NCBI GenBank assembly: GCA_963662585.1
Contig: OY759729.1
Span: forward strand, 512,001 to 576,000
Source: Candidatus Cloacimonadales bacterium
Lineage (GTDB): Bacteria; Cloacimonadota; Cloacimonadia; Cloacimonadales; JAFGVF01
Direction of reading: 5' to 3'
Length of the DNA stretch: 64,000 nucleotides
In this document: piece by piece, positions 19,066 to 29,483 of the stretch
How positions within the stretch are numbered: the stretch's first letter is position 1
Layout of the letters: the number at the start of each line of letters is the position of its first letter
Program-made: the position numbers and the translations under genes
The notes under the pieces: generated by a model
The model's input: the letters and a program-made list of their open reading frames with translations, nothing else
What the model was told of the DNA's origin: nothing
Databases searched by the model: none

Positions 19066-20109
19066 TTACTCTTTATTCTCTTTCTTCTTAGTTTTTAGAT
19101 AAGCTTTAAACATATCAGGTAACTTGGTTTCTGCAGCCATAATTCTTCTTTGTAAGGCAACATCTCTGGCTGGATACCCTAATATTTTCAAGTCATCTTT
19201 AATAGTGCTATGAATACCTGATTTAGCTCCAGCCATAACTCTGTTGCCTATCTTTACATGATCAGCAACACCAACTTGTCCGGCAAGATAAACAAAATCA
19301 CCAACTTCTGTACTGCCGGCAATTCCCACTTGTGAGCAGATTATTGTATTCTCACCAATTTTCACATTATGGCCTATTTGCACTAAATTATCAATTTTTG
19401 TGTTTTTATCTATTATTGTAGAACCAATTGTGCCCCTATCAATACAGGAATTGGCTCCAATCTCGACATTATTTTTAATAATAACATTTCCTATTTGAGG
19501 TACTTTTTCTTGAATATTATTATAGAGAATATAGCCAAATCCATCAGCACCAATTACTGCACCAGCGTGAAGTGTTACCCCATTCTCTAAAATCATATTA
19601 TCATAGACTGTACAATTAGGAAATAAGTAGCAATTATGCCCAATAGAAGTATCTTCTTTGATTACGCAATTTGCTTCAATAGTAGTATCGTTTCCAATTT
19701 TCACATTATCTTCAATAACAACAAAATCAGCAATATGAACATTTTCACCGATTATTGCAGAAGGAGAAATGGAAGCTTTTTTAGATATAAATCTAGCTTT
19801 GCTTTGTTTATCCATCTCTATCCAAAGCTTTACTAATACCATAAAAGTAAAATATGGTTTATCTACTTTAAGTAAATTAGAATGTTTATTTAGAGAATTA
19901 TCAAAGTCTGAATTTACTATTATCAAACCAGCTTGGCAATCTTTAAGTTTGTTGATATATGCTTCATTCTCATAAAAACAAACTGAATGAGAATTGGCTT
20001 CATCAAGTTCTGCAACACCCTTCAGTGCTGTATCAAACCTAGAAACTAATTCTCCTTTAGCTTGCGAAAGGATATCTTCAATTTTTAGTTCTATTGTAAA
20101 AGTTTTCAT
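19066..20109 (-). CDS. lpxD: UDP-3-O-(3-hydroxyacyl)glucosamine N-acyltransferase
   Basis: GADGFGY, IDRGT, KIDNLVQIGHNV. Confidence 0.95.
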   Translation of the reverse strand: MKTFTIELKIEDILSQAKGELVSRFDTALKGVAELDEANSHSVCFYENEAYINKLKDCQAGLIIVNSDFDNSLNKHSNLLKVDKPYFTFMVLVKLWIEMDKQSKARFISKKASISPSAIIGENVHIADFVVIEDNVKIGNDTTIEANCVIKEDTSIGHNCYLFPNCTVYDNMILENGVTLHAGAVIGADGFGYILYNNIQEKVPQIGNVIIKNNVEIGANSCIDRGTIGSTIIDKNTKIDNLVQIGHNVKIGENTIICSQVGIAGSTEVGDFVYLAGQVGVADHVKIGNRVMAGAKSGIHSTIKDDLKILGYPARDVALQRRIMAAETKLPDMFKAYLKTKKKENKE

Positions 20110-20116
20110 TAGTTAT

Positions 20117-20674
20117 CTATTTTTTACCGCTATCACTAGTACTAGAATCATTAGTTGTTGACTCACCACTATTTAATCTAGCAATAACTTTTTCTGTTAT
20201 ATCCATGTAGTCTTTAGCATACAGAACATTACCAGCAGTTATATCTAATACCATATCATAGTTATCATCAATAGCTATAGCTTGAATAACTTCATTGACT
20301 CTATCTAAGATTGGTTCTAACAACTCAGCATTTCTTGTTGCAGCAGTACCTTCTTGACCAAAATATTGTTGCATTTTTCTATTCAATGCTTCTTCTTTAG
20401 TCTTAATCTTATTCTCTGCATCTTTCTTTCCCTGTTCATTAAGGATAAGTTTTTTATTCTCATACTGAGCAGTCATACCTTCTAACTCTTGTTGCATAGC
20501 TTCAATTTCAGCTCTCCAAGCTTGACTTTCAGAATCAAAAATTCTTTTAGCTTCTTGAACATCGTTTGCTTCAACCATGATTCTTTCAACATTGACATAA
20601 GCAAGGTTAGTAGCGTTAGCTATCCCAATTGATAGACTAAGAATAAGCACAGTTAATATTATTATTTTTTTCAC
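20117..20674 (-). CDS. skp: OmpH/Skp periplasmic chaperone
   Basis: Signal peptide, LAYVNVERI, coiled coil, YDMVLD..DIT; upstream of lpxD; GTG start with GGAGG SD. Confidence 0.85.
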   Translation of the reverse strand: MKKIIILTVLILSLSIGIANATNLAYVNVERIMVEANDVQEAKRIFDSESQAWRAEIEAMQQELEGMTAQYENKKLILNEQGKKDAENKIKTKEEALNRKMQQYFGQEGTAATRNAELLEPILDRVNEVIQAIAIDDNYDMVLDITAGNVLYAKDYMDITEKVIARLNSGESTTNDSSTSDSGKK

Positions 20675-21046
20675 ATTTCCTCCATGAAAATTAAATTTTA
20701 TTTATTATCTAAGACAATAATTTTATTTTTCTAATGTAGTCAATAAAATAATCTATAAATAATCTCACTAACTTAAATTCTTTTGTTAAGAGCTCCCTTA
20801 AAAGATAATTTCTAATAATAAAGCTCTTTTTCCTAATCATTCTTATCTGATTATAAACACTTACTTAAGCTTGAAATGCTAAATTATTAGTATCAAAGCT
20901 TACTTGGAATGAGTAAGTGTCAAAACTATGCAAAATAAATCCTCAAAATTAGAATTGTGAAAATAATTCTTGCCATGTATTTGATGCTGTTATAAAATTG
21001 CATTCGCTTATTTAACTTACTGATATTTAATAAATTGGAGGATTTA

Positions 21047-22708
21047 ATGATTAATATAGAAGTTTTCAAAGATGATATTTTAGTTAAAAGTTTAGAAATT
21101 GAGACATCTGGTTCGATTAAAACAATAGTTAATGGCTTTATAGAAAACTATGATGATATACTTTCATTCAAAATAGATAATAATAGATATCAAAACGAGA
21201 GTTTTATTGTTTCAAGAAATTGCAAAATAAACTGCATTACCTACAATCATATTGAAGGGAAAAGAATTTATCAAGATTCAGCAATCTTTATCCTAACTAA
21301 AGCAATCTATAATCTCTTTGCTGATAAAGTACAATTAGTTGTAGAGCATTCTATAGATGATGGAGTCTTTTGCGAACTTTTCGGACTAGATGATTACTCT
21401 GAGCAATATATCAATCTTATTCAAGAAGAAATGGAGAAGATAGTAAAGAAAGGACTCTGGATTGATAAACTTAGATTTACTTGGGACCAAGCTAAAGAAA
21501 TCTTAAAGAGACAAGGTAGAAAAGATCTGATAAAAAACCTAGACTACTATTCTGATCGTGAAATACTTCTCTATAAATGTGGTGAATATTATGATTTCTA
21601 CTCTCGTCCTTTAGCAGATAATACCAAAAATGTACCAGCTTTTAAAGTTGATTATCAAGAACCAGGCCTTATTTTAAGATTCCCTCAAAGAGGTTCTTTC
21701 ACTATGAGAGAAAATATTCATTTCTCTAAAAAAGTATTTTCTGCACATCAATTACATGACAAATGGTTAAACAATCTTAAAGTTCATAACATTATTGATA
21801 TTAATAAGCTGATAGATGATTATCAAATAGGTAATTTTATTCTTCATGAAGAAGCTTTACATGAAAAGAAAATCGCCAATATCGCTGATGAAATTGCCCA
21901 AACAAATAAAAAGATTATTTTAATTGCCGGACCTTCATCTTCTGGAAAAACAACATTCTCCCATAGATTAGCTGTTCAGTTATTAGTATCTGGACTTAAA
22001 CCTATCGTAATTGGCTTAGATGACTATTTTTTAAGTAGAGACAAAACACCTATTTTATCAAATGGAGAATTTGATTTCGAGTCAATCCATGCTTTAGATT
22101 TAGAGCTCTTAAATAAACATCTTACTGACTTGTTAGCAGGTAAAGAAGTAGAGCTACCTAAGTATAATTTTGGCAGGGGTTTATCTGAGAATAGTGGTAA
22201 GAAAGTAAGACTTAATGCTGATAATGTAATAGTAATGGAAGGTATCCATGGACTCAATCCAGAATTAACGGCTCAGATTCCTGATGATAAAAAAGTAAAA
22301 ATCTATGTTACTGCTCTTAATCAACTCAATATCGATAACCATAACAGGATTCCTACTACAGATTGTCGCAAAATTAGAAGATCTGTAAGAGATTATTATT
22401 ATCGTGGTTATAGTGCTAATGAAACTCTTTCCCGCTGGCAATCAGTTAGAGATGGAGAAAATAAGAATATCTTTCCTTACCAAGAAAATGCTGATTACAT
22501 CTTTAATAGTGGCTTAACTTATGAGCTTGGTTGTCTGAAAAGTCATGCTTATAAAGAATTAAAGAAAATCCCTGAATGCTCATCAAATTATACCGAAGCC
22601 CAAAGATTATTAGTTCTTTTAAGCTTCATTAAGGATATACCAGAGAAACTTGTTCCTAATAATTCTATCTTAAGAGAATTTATTGGGGGAAGTGTCTTTA
22701 TAGGTTAA
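21047..22708 (+). CDS. Nucleoside (uridine) kinase with N-terminal ThrRS-like domain
   Basis: IAGPSSSGKTT P-loop, LDDYF, EGIHGLN, IFPYQE. ATG at 21047 follows GGAGG. Confidence 0.85.
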   Translation: MINIEVFKDDILVKSLEIETSGSIKTIVNGFIENYDDILSFKIDNNRYQNESFIVSRNCKINCITYNHIEGKRIYQDSAIFILTKAIYNLFADKVQLVVEHSIDDGVFCELFGLDDYSEQYINLIQEEMEKIVKKGLWIDKLRFTWDQAKEILKRQGRKDLIKNLDYYSDREILLYKCGEYYDFYSRPLADNTKNVPAFKVDYQEPGLILRFPQRGSFTMRENIHFSKKVFSAHQLHDKWLNNLKVHNIIDINKLIDDYQIGNFILHEEALHEKKIANIADEIAQTNKKIILIAGPSSSGKTTFSHRLAVQLLVSGLKPIVIGLDDYFLSRDKTPILSNGEFDFESIHALDLELLNKHLTDLLAGKEVELPKYNFGRGLSENSGKKVRLNADNVIVMEGIHGLNPELTAQIPDDKKVKIYVTALNQLNIDNHNRIPTTDCRKIRRSVRDYYYRGYSANETLSRWQSVRDGENKNIFPYQENADYIFNSGLTYELGCLKSHAYKELKKIPECSSNYTEAQRLLVLLSFIKDIPEKLVPNNSILREFIGGSVFIG

Positions 22709-22712
22709 AAAA

Positions 22713-23072
22713 ATGCCAGCAATATTAACTTTAGATTATAATTACACACCAGTAGATCAGCCATGGTTCTCAAAGACATTCGGCACCTATGCTGATCTAC
22801 TAAAGTGGTTGAGAGAAGATTCGATTATTGTTATTGAGAGTGCTAAATTAACTGATGAAAGACTAAATAAAAAACTAATCTTAACTAAACTAGCTCTACC
22901 TAGAGTGACTATCTTAGTTATCTACAAAGAGGATAAGCCAGATAATAGTAGTTTTTTTAATAATATTCTTGAGAGTGAACTTGAAGAAATAATTCATAAG
23001 GCCCTTATAAATCAACACAAGATAATTGATAATAGGGAAAATTTAAAAGAGGTGCTCGAGTTATTTTCCTAG
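22713..23072 (+). CDS. Hypothetical protein (possibly degenerate receiver-like fold)
   Basis: 119-aa ORF tightly coupled between the kinase and channel genes; no clear motif. Confidence 0.55.
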   Translation: MPAILTLDYNYTPVDQPWFSKTFGTYADLLKWLREDSIIVIESAKLTDERLNKKLILTKLALPRVTILVIYKEDKPDNSSFFNNILESELEEIIHKALINQHKIIDNRENLKEVLELFS

Positions 23073-23137
23073 AATAAATATTGTTTTTTCTTTAATTACT
23101 TGTAAATTATTACTATAATACATTATTTTGAGGTGGA

Positions 23138-24301
23138 ATGCGTAGAAAAAATAACTTTCTGAAATTCATTACTAACAACAGAAAGATCGTTGATCTATTC
23201 AAGATTGTTTCTTTGATAACTGGATTAATTCTAGTTGGTTCACTAGTAATTACTTTTTTTGAGCCTAATAAAATTAATCCTAATGTTAACATCAAAACAT
23301 TCTTTGATGCTGTTTGGTGGACTATAGTAACCATCACTTCTGTAGGTTATGGAGATTATTATCCTGTTACTATAACTGGTAGGATAATAGGTATTTTCAT
23401 TATAATTTCTGGATTTGTTATTTTTTCTACATTTACTGCTTATATTGCCAGCAATTTTATTGATCAAAAGATTAAAGAGAGGAAAGGTTTGAACAAAGTT
23501 AAATTACGGAATCATATAGTGATTTGTGGTTGGAACAACAGTGCTAAAAGAATCCTAAAGTTCTTGGTAGAGCATATCAATGAAAGTCCTGTAACAGTTG
23601 TTCTTATTAATGAGTTGGACGAGAATACAGTCTCAACTATCAGAAACCATTATGAACAGATAGATATAAAATTCATTAGAGGTGATTTTACCAACCAAGA
23701 TATACTCAATAGAGCAAATATTAAAGATGCAAATCAAATTATCATACTATTTGATGAAAGTTGTAAGGATTCAGTTCCTTCAGACGAGAGAACAATAATT
23801 GCTGCTCATAATATCAGTTTTTTAAAGGTAAAAGGCCAGATTAATCTTCAATTAAAGCACGAGAAATATCTTCCTAGTATTCAGAGAGATAAAATTCAGA
23901 ATGTTGTAATTTATGAAGATATCGGTGGAGATATTTTAGCAAACTCTACTCTTCAACCAACTATACCTAACTTTATCCAGACCTTAATTAAAGGAAATGA
24001 TCAGAAAGGATTTAAGGAGTATGAAATTTCTCAAGATTTTATCGGAAGAACCTTCAAAGAACTATTTGATTATCTTAAAAAAGAAAAGGGTCTTATTTTA
24101 CTGGGCATAGTAACTGTTCAACCTGAATTTTCTATTGATGATATTCTCTCCGATAACTCATCAAGCATTGATATGTTCATCAAACAACAATTTCAGCAAT
24201 CTAATAAGAAGATAAATTTCATTAACCAAAATGATAACATCAAAATTAAACCTAATGATGATTACATAATCGATGCTAATGATACTGCTATTGTATTATG
24301 A
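23138..24301 (+). CDS. 2-TM potassium channel with RCK (TrkA-N) domain
   Basis: WWTIVTITSVGYGD pore/filter; NHIVICGWN Rossmann; GDFT. Confidence 0.9.
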   Translation: MRRKNNFLKFITNNRKIVDLFKIVSLITGLILVGSLVITFFEPNKINPNVNIKTFFDAVWWTIVTITSVGYGDYYPVTITGRIIGIFIIISGFVIFSTFTAYIASNFIDQKIKERKGLNKVKLRNHIVICGWNNSAKRILKFLVEHINESPVTVVLINELDENTVSTIRNHYEQIDIKFIRGDFTNQDILNRANIKDANQIIILFDESCKDSVPSDERTIIAAHNISFLKVKGQINLQLKHEKYLPSIQRDKIQNVVIYEDIGGDILANSTLQPTIPNFIQTLIKGNDQKGFKEYEISQDFIGRTFKELFDYLKKEKGLILLGIVTVQPEFSIDDILSDNSSSIDMFIKQQFQQSNKKINFINQNDNIKIKPNDDYIIDANDTAIVL

Positions 24302-24309
24302 GGTGATTT

Positions 24310-24801
24310 ATGAACAATAAAAACTTCTTACAAAATATCAAACTCTTTTCTGATTTATCATCTGAAGAGATAGAGATTATTGAAAAGGCTCTTAAGTTAG
24401 TAACTTATAAAGCTAAAGAAGTAATTTTTGAAGAAGACAGCTCAGGGAATGAACTTTTTTTGCTATATGAAGGTCAAGTATGTATTTCTAAAAAGACATC
24501 ATTCATAGATAACCAGAGCAATATTAACAAGACATTAATCAAACTTAAAGCTGAAGATTTTCCTTTTTTTGGGGAAGTAGGCTTGTTAGGAAAACAATTA
24601 AGAACAGCTACTGTTACTGCTGTTACTGACTGCAAATTATATACTATCGACCATGATAATTTTGTTAAAATAATTAAAGAGCATCACCATATTGGAGTTG
24701 TTGTATTATGGGAAATATCACATAAATTAGCCCAGATATTAGAGAAAACAGACTCAGATATCTTAAAGTTAACTACTGCTTTAATCTATGCCTTAAGATA
24801 G
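24310..24801 (+). CDS. Stand-alone cyclic nucleotide-binding domain protein
   Basis: IFEEDSSGNELFLLYEGQV and FFGEVGLL...RTATV phosphate-binding cassette; no HTH. Confidence 0.88.
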   Translation: MNNKNFLQNIKLFSDLSSEEIEIIEKALKLVTYKAKEVIFEEDSSGNELFLLYEGQVCISKKTSFIDNQSNINKTLIKLKAEDFPFFGEVGLLGKQLRTATVTAVTDCKLYTIDHDNFVKIIKEHHHIGVVVLWEISHKLAQILEKTDSDILKLTTALIYALR

Positions 24802-24802
24802 T

Positions 24803-25735
24803 TTATCTATATTGGAATATTCTAAGCTTCTTGTCTTTACTAAGAACAAAAAGATAATCTTGATAGAAGGCTATGTCATAGAGATAATTTCCATCATTAT
24901 AAGATGTTGCATGTTCAATAGTGCTATCTGACCCTATCTTATAAACTTCAAGTCCCCCTTCACCGAGGATAACAAATAATTCATTTCCTTCAACCTTAAT
25001 ATTCCTAATTGTATAAGGAAAGTATAAGACTTCCTTTTCTTTAATCTTTCCTGGTAGAGAAATATCTAAGATATTTAGTGTACGATTAGAGACTGCGAAT
25101 AACAAATCATCATAAACTTCAACAATATCACACTTAAAGACATTATAATTCTGACCAAAAGGCATAGGATGATTAATGTTGGATAAGTTAACCGTAGCAA
25201 CTCCGTGGGCATTTCCGGCATAAAGAAGAGGCCATTTCGCAGCAATTGTGTTCAAGCCCCAGTCATTATGATAATTACTTATAATATTATTAGATAGGTT
25301 TGTTCCCATATCATAAATTGTTAAGCCATTATCTTTATGAGCTAAATAAAGAAGAGTTCCATCTTGAACAACTTGATTACCATAATAAGCCCGTACTTCG
25401 ATGTTTCTTCCTGTAGTTACCAAAGAATCTATATTCCTCTTAGAAGATATAATCGTATTAAGGGCAACAGCTACTTTCTTAGAAGTTAAAATTTCAATAT
25501 CATTTATTTCATCATTGAAGGTATAGGCACCGTTCAATGTAAAATTATAAATATCGAACATTGAATAAACAAAGAGCTTATTATTACTCCCAACAGAAAG
25601 TATATTATTATTATGTTCAACTATCTCACCACTAACATCAATTTCTCTACCTGTATCCCAAATATATTTATTGAAACTTGCATTCAAGAGAGCAAGAGAA
25701 AAAGTTATTAGACAGAGTAAGATTATTTTTTTCAT
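24803..25735 (-). CDS. Secreted LVIVD-repeat (beta-propeller) protein
   Basis: Signal peptide; repeats such as LYLAHKDNGLTIYDM, LNILDISLP, GLEVYKI. Confidence 0.65.
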   Translation of the reverse strand: MKKIILLCLITFSLALLNASFNKYIWDTGREIDVSGEIVEHNNNILSVGSNNKLFVYSMFDIYNFTLNGAYTFNDEINDIEILTSKKVAVALNTIISSKRNIDSLVTTGRNIEVRAYYGNQVVQDGTLLYLAHKDNGLTIYDMGTNLSNNIISNYHNDWGLNTIAAKWPLLYAGNAHGVATVNLSNINHPMPFGQNYNVFKCDIVEVYDDLLFAVSNRTLNILDISLPGKIKEKEVLYFPYTIRNIKVEGNELFVILGEGGLEVYKIGSDSTIEHATSYNDGNYLYDIAFYQDYLFVLSKDKKLRIFQYR

Positions 25736-25736
25736 C

Positions 25737-26714
25737 TTATTTTAACAGTTTATTTATAATATCGATTGATTTTATACCTTCAGCATCAGCTGCAAAAGAA
25801 GGTAGCACTCTATGTCTTAGAACTAAAGGAGCTACAAACTTGATATCATCTTCGGAAGGAGTTAGTCTTCCTAGCAATGCAGCTCTAGCTTTAGCTGCTA
25901 GTACTAAATATTGAGAAGCTCTTGGACCTGCACCCCAACTAATAAGTTCTGAAATTTCTTTAACACTTACTTCAGAATTTGGTCTTGTCTTACGGACTAA
26001 CTTGACTGCATATTCATAGACATGTTGACTCACAGGAATATCCAAGATTGCTTTCTGAATTGCGATAATTTCATCACCAGAAATAATTGGTTTAATCTCT
26101 TGTATTTGAGTATTGGTAGTTACTTTTACAATTTCCAATTCATCTTCATAAGTAGGGTAGTCAATTATAATATTAAACATAAATCTATCTAATTGAGCTT
26201 CAGGAAGCGGATAAGTTCCTTCTTGTTCAATAGGATTCTGGGTAGCTAACACAAGAAAAGGTCTATCTAACTTATAAGTTTTATTTCCATTAGTTATTTC
26301 ATACTCTTGCATCGCCTGCAATAAAGCTGCTTGAGTTTTAGGAGGTGTTCTATTAATCTCATCAGCGAGAATAATATTAGCAAAAATAGGACCCTTTATA
26401 TATTCAAAATATCTTTTACCATCACTTTTATTCTCAGAAAGAATATCAGTACCTGTAATATCAGAAGGCATTAAATCTGGTGTGAATTGAATTCTACTAA
26501 ACTCCAAGTTCATTACTTTTGCTAAACTAGATATAAGCAATGTTTTAGCTAAACCTGGTACACCTTCTAGCAATATGTGACCATTAGCAAATAAGGCAAT
26601 TAAAATCTTTTCAACTACATCATCCTGTCCTACAATTACTTTTTTTAATTCTTTAATTATATCAAATTTTACACTTTTTAATTTATCAATTAATTCTACA
26701 TTAGAATTACTCAT
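25737..26714 (-). CDS. MoxR family AAA+ ATPase
   Basis: LEGVPGLAKT, RIQFTPDLMPSDITG, DEINR, ATQNPIEQEGTYPLPEAQLDRF. Confidence 0.95.
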   Translation of the reverse strand: MSNSNVELIDKLKSVKFDIIKELKKVIVGQDDVVEKILIALFANGHILLEGVPGLAKTLLISSLAKVMNLEFSRIQFTPDLMPSDITGTDILSENKSDGKRYFEYIKGPIFANIILADEINRTPPKTQAALLQAMQEYEITNGNKTYKLDRPFLVLATQNPIEQEGTYPLPEAQLDRFMFNIIIDYPTYEDELEIVKVTTNTQIQEIKPIISGDEIIAIQKAILDIPVSQHVYEYAVKLVRKTRPNSEVSVKEISELISWGAGPRASQYLVLAAKARAALLGRLTPSEDDIKFVAPLVLRHRVLPSFAADAEGIKSIDIINKLLK

Positions 26715-27705
26715 TTTTACTCCTATCAATTAAATCTACTATTTTCACACCAATCATACTTAATGATAATATACCTAAAACAGTTACGACAATACCTGTC
26801 AAAAGATGAGCAACAGCTATCAATGAACCTGCATCACCATAATTCATTCCCATTCCTGTAACAAAAATCAAACTCATCAAGATCTCATTACTTCCTAACT
26901 GCCCTGGAGGTTGAGGTAAAATATAAGAGAGATTCAAGAGAGTGTAGCCAAAGAATATCATGGCTATATTTATAGATGTGAATCCGAACGCCTTAAACAT
27001 TAAATAGAAATATAATCCGTCAAGAACAATTCCTATTATTGTTAAAATAACTACTTCTAGAAAAATTTTATGATGATGTTTAAAGAGAGCAGTTCCCTCT
27101 ACAAACATCTCTATCATAGAATATACTTTGTCTTGATATTTTTCAGGAACAAAGAAGAATACTTTTTTAAGCAGGATGATCAATTTTTTTTCGGCAATAA
27201 TGGCACTTAACAGAACCAAAATACCAAGAACAAAAATTATCAAAAGAACAATAACTAACCATTGCAAGATAGGCACCATTGCTATATCTAAAATTGGAAT
27301 CATTACTAATACTATAAAAATACCTATTGTATCAAAAAATTTATCAATGAATATTGAAGGTAACACAAGAGATATTGGAGTATTTGTACTTTTTTTAATC
27401 ATGATAGCTTTGGCTGCTTCACCTGCCCTAATAGGGATAAGATAATTAATAAAATTACCACTCAGAGACCATAAATAAGTCTGTTTGAGAGAAAATACTC
27501 TTAATGGATTTAGTAATCTATTCCATCTAACTGATCTGATAAAGTAAGCCATAACATAGGATAGCATACTAAGAATAACAAAGTATATCTTTAAGTTCTG
27601 GATATTTTCCCAGAATTTATCAAAATCAAAAAAATAAGCCCATATTGATAAGAAAACAAGACCAAAGAGAATTCCAAATACTAGCGATTTTTGATATCTT
27701 TTCAT
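26707..27705 (-). CDS. Lysylphosphatidylglycerol synthase TM / flippase-like membrane protein (UPF0104)
   Basis: IRSVRW, NYLIPIRAGE, PQPPGQLG motifs; multiple TM helices. Confidence 0.85.
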   Translation of the reverse strand: MKRYQKSLVFGILFGLVFLSIWAYFFDFDKFWENIQNLKIYFVILSMLSYVMAYFIRSVRWNRLLNPLRVFSLKQTYLWSLSGNFINYLIPIRAGEAAKAIMIKKSTNTPISLVLPSIFIDKFFDTIGIFIVLVMIPILDIAMVPILQWLVIVLLIIFVLGILVLLSAIIAEKKLIILLKKVFFFVPEKYQDKVYSMIEMFVEGTALFKHHHKIFLEVVILTIIGIVLDGLYFYLMFKAFGFTSINIAMIFFGYTLLNLSYILPQPPGQLGSNEILMSLIFVTGMGMNYGDAGSLIAVAHLLTGIVVTVLGILSLSMIGVKIVDLIDRSKNE

Positions 27706-27720
27706 ATCACTAGGAGCCTC

Positions 27721-28677
27721 TTAGTCTAAAATTTCCGAAATTGCCATGAAAGTATTCACTTTTTGAACATTGAAATCTCTAGTTAAATCTTCAATATCAT
27801 AAAACCAATTATGAGTTAATCTCTCTAGAAAGTTTCCCCCAAAGACAAAGTTAAACCTATAGAATAAATTAGCCAAATTTCTTCCGATATAGAGATTTAA
27901 TTGAAAAATAGTCTTATAATTTTTCTTATTTTGTTTTTTACTGATGTAATTTATTAACTCTTTTAAAATGACTGGCTCAAAATCAGCCACATTATAATTC
28001 TTCCCTAGAACATTGTCATTATTGATAGCTTGCTCTAAAATATTTATTAACAAATCAATACTACAAAGATGAACATAAATTCTTTCGTTTATCTTAGGTA
28101 GAATTTTGTATTTAATTAATTTCACTAAGGTATTAAAAAAGCCACAACACTTGTTACCATATAATTGTGATGGTCTTAAAATTACAGCTTGCAAACCTTT
28201 CAGTCTATTTTGTTCAATCAAAGACTCTATCTCTGCTATCATTTTAGCTCTGTAGCCAAAAATAACTTTTTCTGTTCTGTCATGACTGGGTAGCTCAAAG
28301 GGAGAATTACCATAAATTGCCACTGATGAGCAGTAAATCAGCTTTGCTTTACTTTTAAGACAATACTCAATAATTTGCTGAGTAGCAAAAACATTGGCAA
28401 TTCGCAAGGCTTTTCTGCCCCTATTAGGATTTCTATGAAAATCAGGAATATGAATTATAGTATCATATTGATTCAAAGAAAAATGCTTTTTTAATATCAA
28501 AGTATTGCTGATAGTTAATGGAATTAGAGACATCTTTCCTTTAAGCTCGGAATATTTATCTGAATCATCACCTTCAGGATAAAAAGCAAAGATATTATAA
28601 CTACGACAACTAATTTTATTACACAGAGCTAATCCAATATTGCTATTGAGATTGGTAATTAATACATTCTTTTTCAT
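27721..28677 (-). CDS. NAD-dependent epimerase/dehydratase-like protein with degenerate motifs
   Basis: Extended-SDR layout (ANV..T, YCSSVAIYG, ILRPSQLYG, YNVAD), but the Gly-rich loop reads TNLNSNIG. Confidence 0.75.
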   Translation of the reverse strand: MKKNVLITNLNSNIGLALCNKISCRSYNIFAFYPEGDDSDKYSELKGKMSLIPLTISNTLILKKHFSLNQYDTIIHIPDFHRNPNRGRKALRIANVFATQQIIEYCLKSKAKLIYCSSVAIYGNSPFELPSHDRTEKVIFGYRAKMIAEIESLIEQNRLKGLQAVILRPSQLYGNKCCGFFNTLVKLIKYKILPKINERIYVHLCSIDLLINILEQAINNDNVLGKNYNVADFEPVILKELINYISKKQNKKNYKTIFQLNLYIGRNLANLFYRFNFVFGGNFLERLTHNWFYDIEDLTRDFNVQKVNTFMAISEILD

Positions 28678-29481
28678 TTAGTTTCTTATAAAAGAAATTA
28701 CTTTCTTCCACCATGGTCTATGCCTTCTCTGTTTTCGTGTACTATCTACTTTAACATAGACAGGCTCAATATCTTCATTATTATAAACTTTTATAGGATT
28801 TTCATAGAACAAAAGATTAGCAGTTATTTCGTCGATTTTATCTGCTACTTTATAATAGGCTTTTTTTAAAATATAGTCAGAATGGCGACAATGGTCATCT
28901 GAGGCAACAAAGTGAGCATAACCTTTATATAATAATCTCCAAGAGATCTCCTTAACTTTTTTCCCATGATAACCAAGTAAACTCGAAGCATTCACTTGCA
29001 CAAGCACATCTCTATCAATAAATTCTTTTACAATATGAGGATGAACATGAACATAGCTATAGCGTTCTGGATGAGCCAAAATTGGTCTAAACCTATTCAT
29101 TTGGAGTTCATAAATAAAACTCTTAGAATTATCGCTGATGTCATTCAGAGAAGTTTCAAACAAAACATAATTTGAACTTCCTAGTGTTAACCTTTCTTCC
29201 TTGACCTGCTCAAGAAGTGTGTCATCACAATAAACCTCTGCCCCCAAGATAAGTTCAATATTTAACGAATTTTTACTTACCTCTTCTTTTAACAGCTCAA
29301 ATTGTTTAACTACTTCTTCTTTTTTATTGGCATATTTACCCAACATATAATGGGGGGTGAGAAAAATCTTCTCAACCCCATTATCTGAAATTTTACTTAA
29401 ATGTTCGATAGATTTCTCTAAAGAATCAGAACCATCATCGACATTGGGTAATATGTGAGTATGAATATCAATAATCTTCAT
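28678..29481 (-). CDS. CpsB/CapC-family PHP protein-tyrosine phosphatase
   Basis: IDIHTHILPNVDDG, TPH, AHPERY, ASDDH. Confidence 0.9.
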   Translation of the reverse strand: MKIIDIHTHILPNVDDGSDSLEKSIEHLSKISDNGVEKIFLTPHYMLGKYANKKEEVVKQFELLKEEVSKNSLNIELILGAEVYCDDTLLEQVKEERLTLGSSNYVLFETSLNDISDNSKSFIYELQMNRFRPILAHPERYSYVHVHPHIVKEFIDRDVLVQVNASSLLGYHGKKVKEISWRLLYKGYAHFVASDDHCRHSDYILKKAYYKVADKIDEITANLLFYENPIKVYNNEDIEPVYVKVDSTRKQRRHRPWWKKVISFIRN

Positions 29482-29483
29482 AT

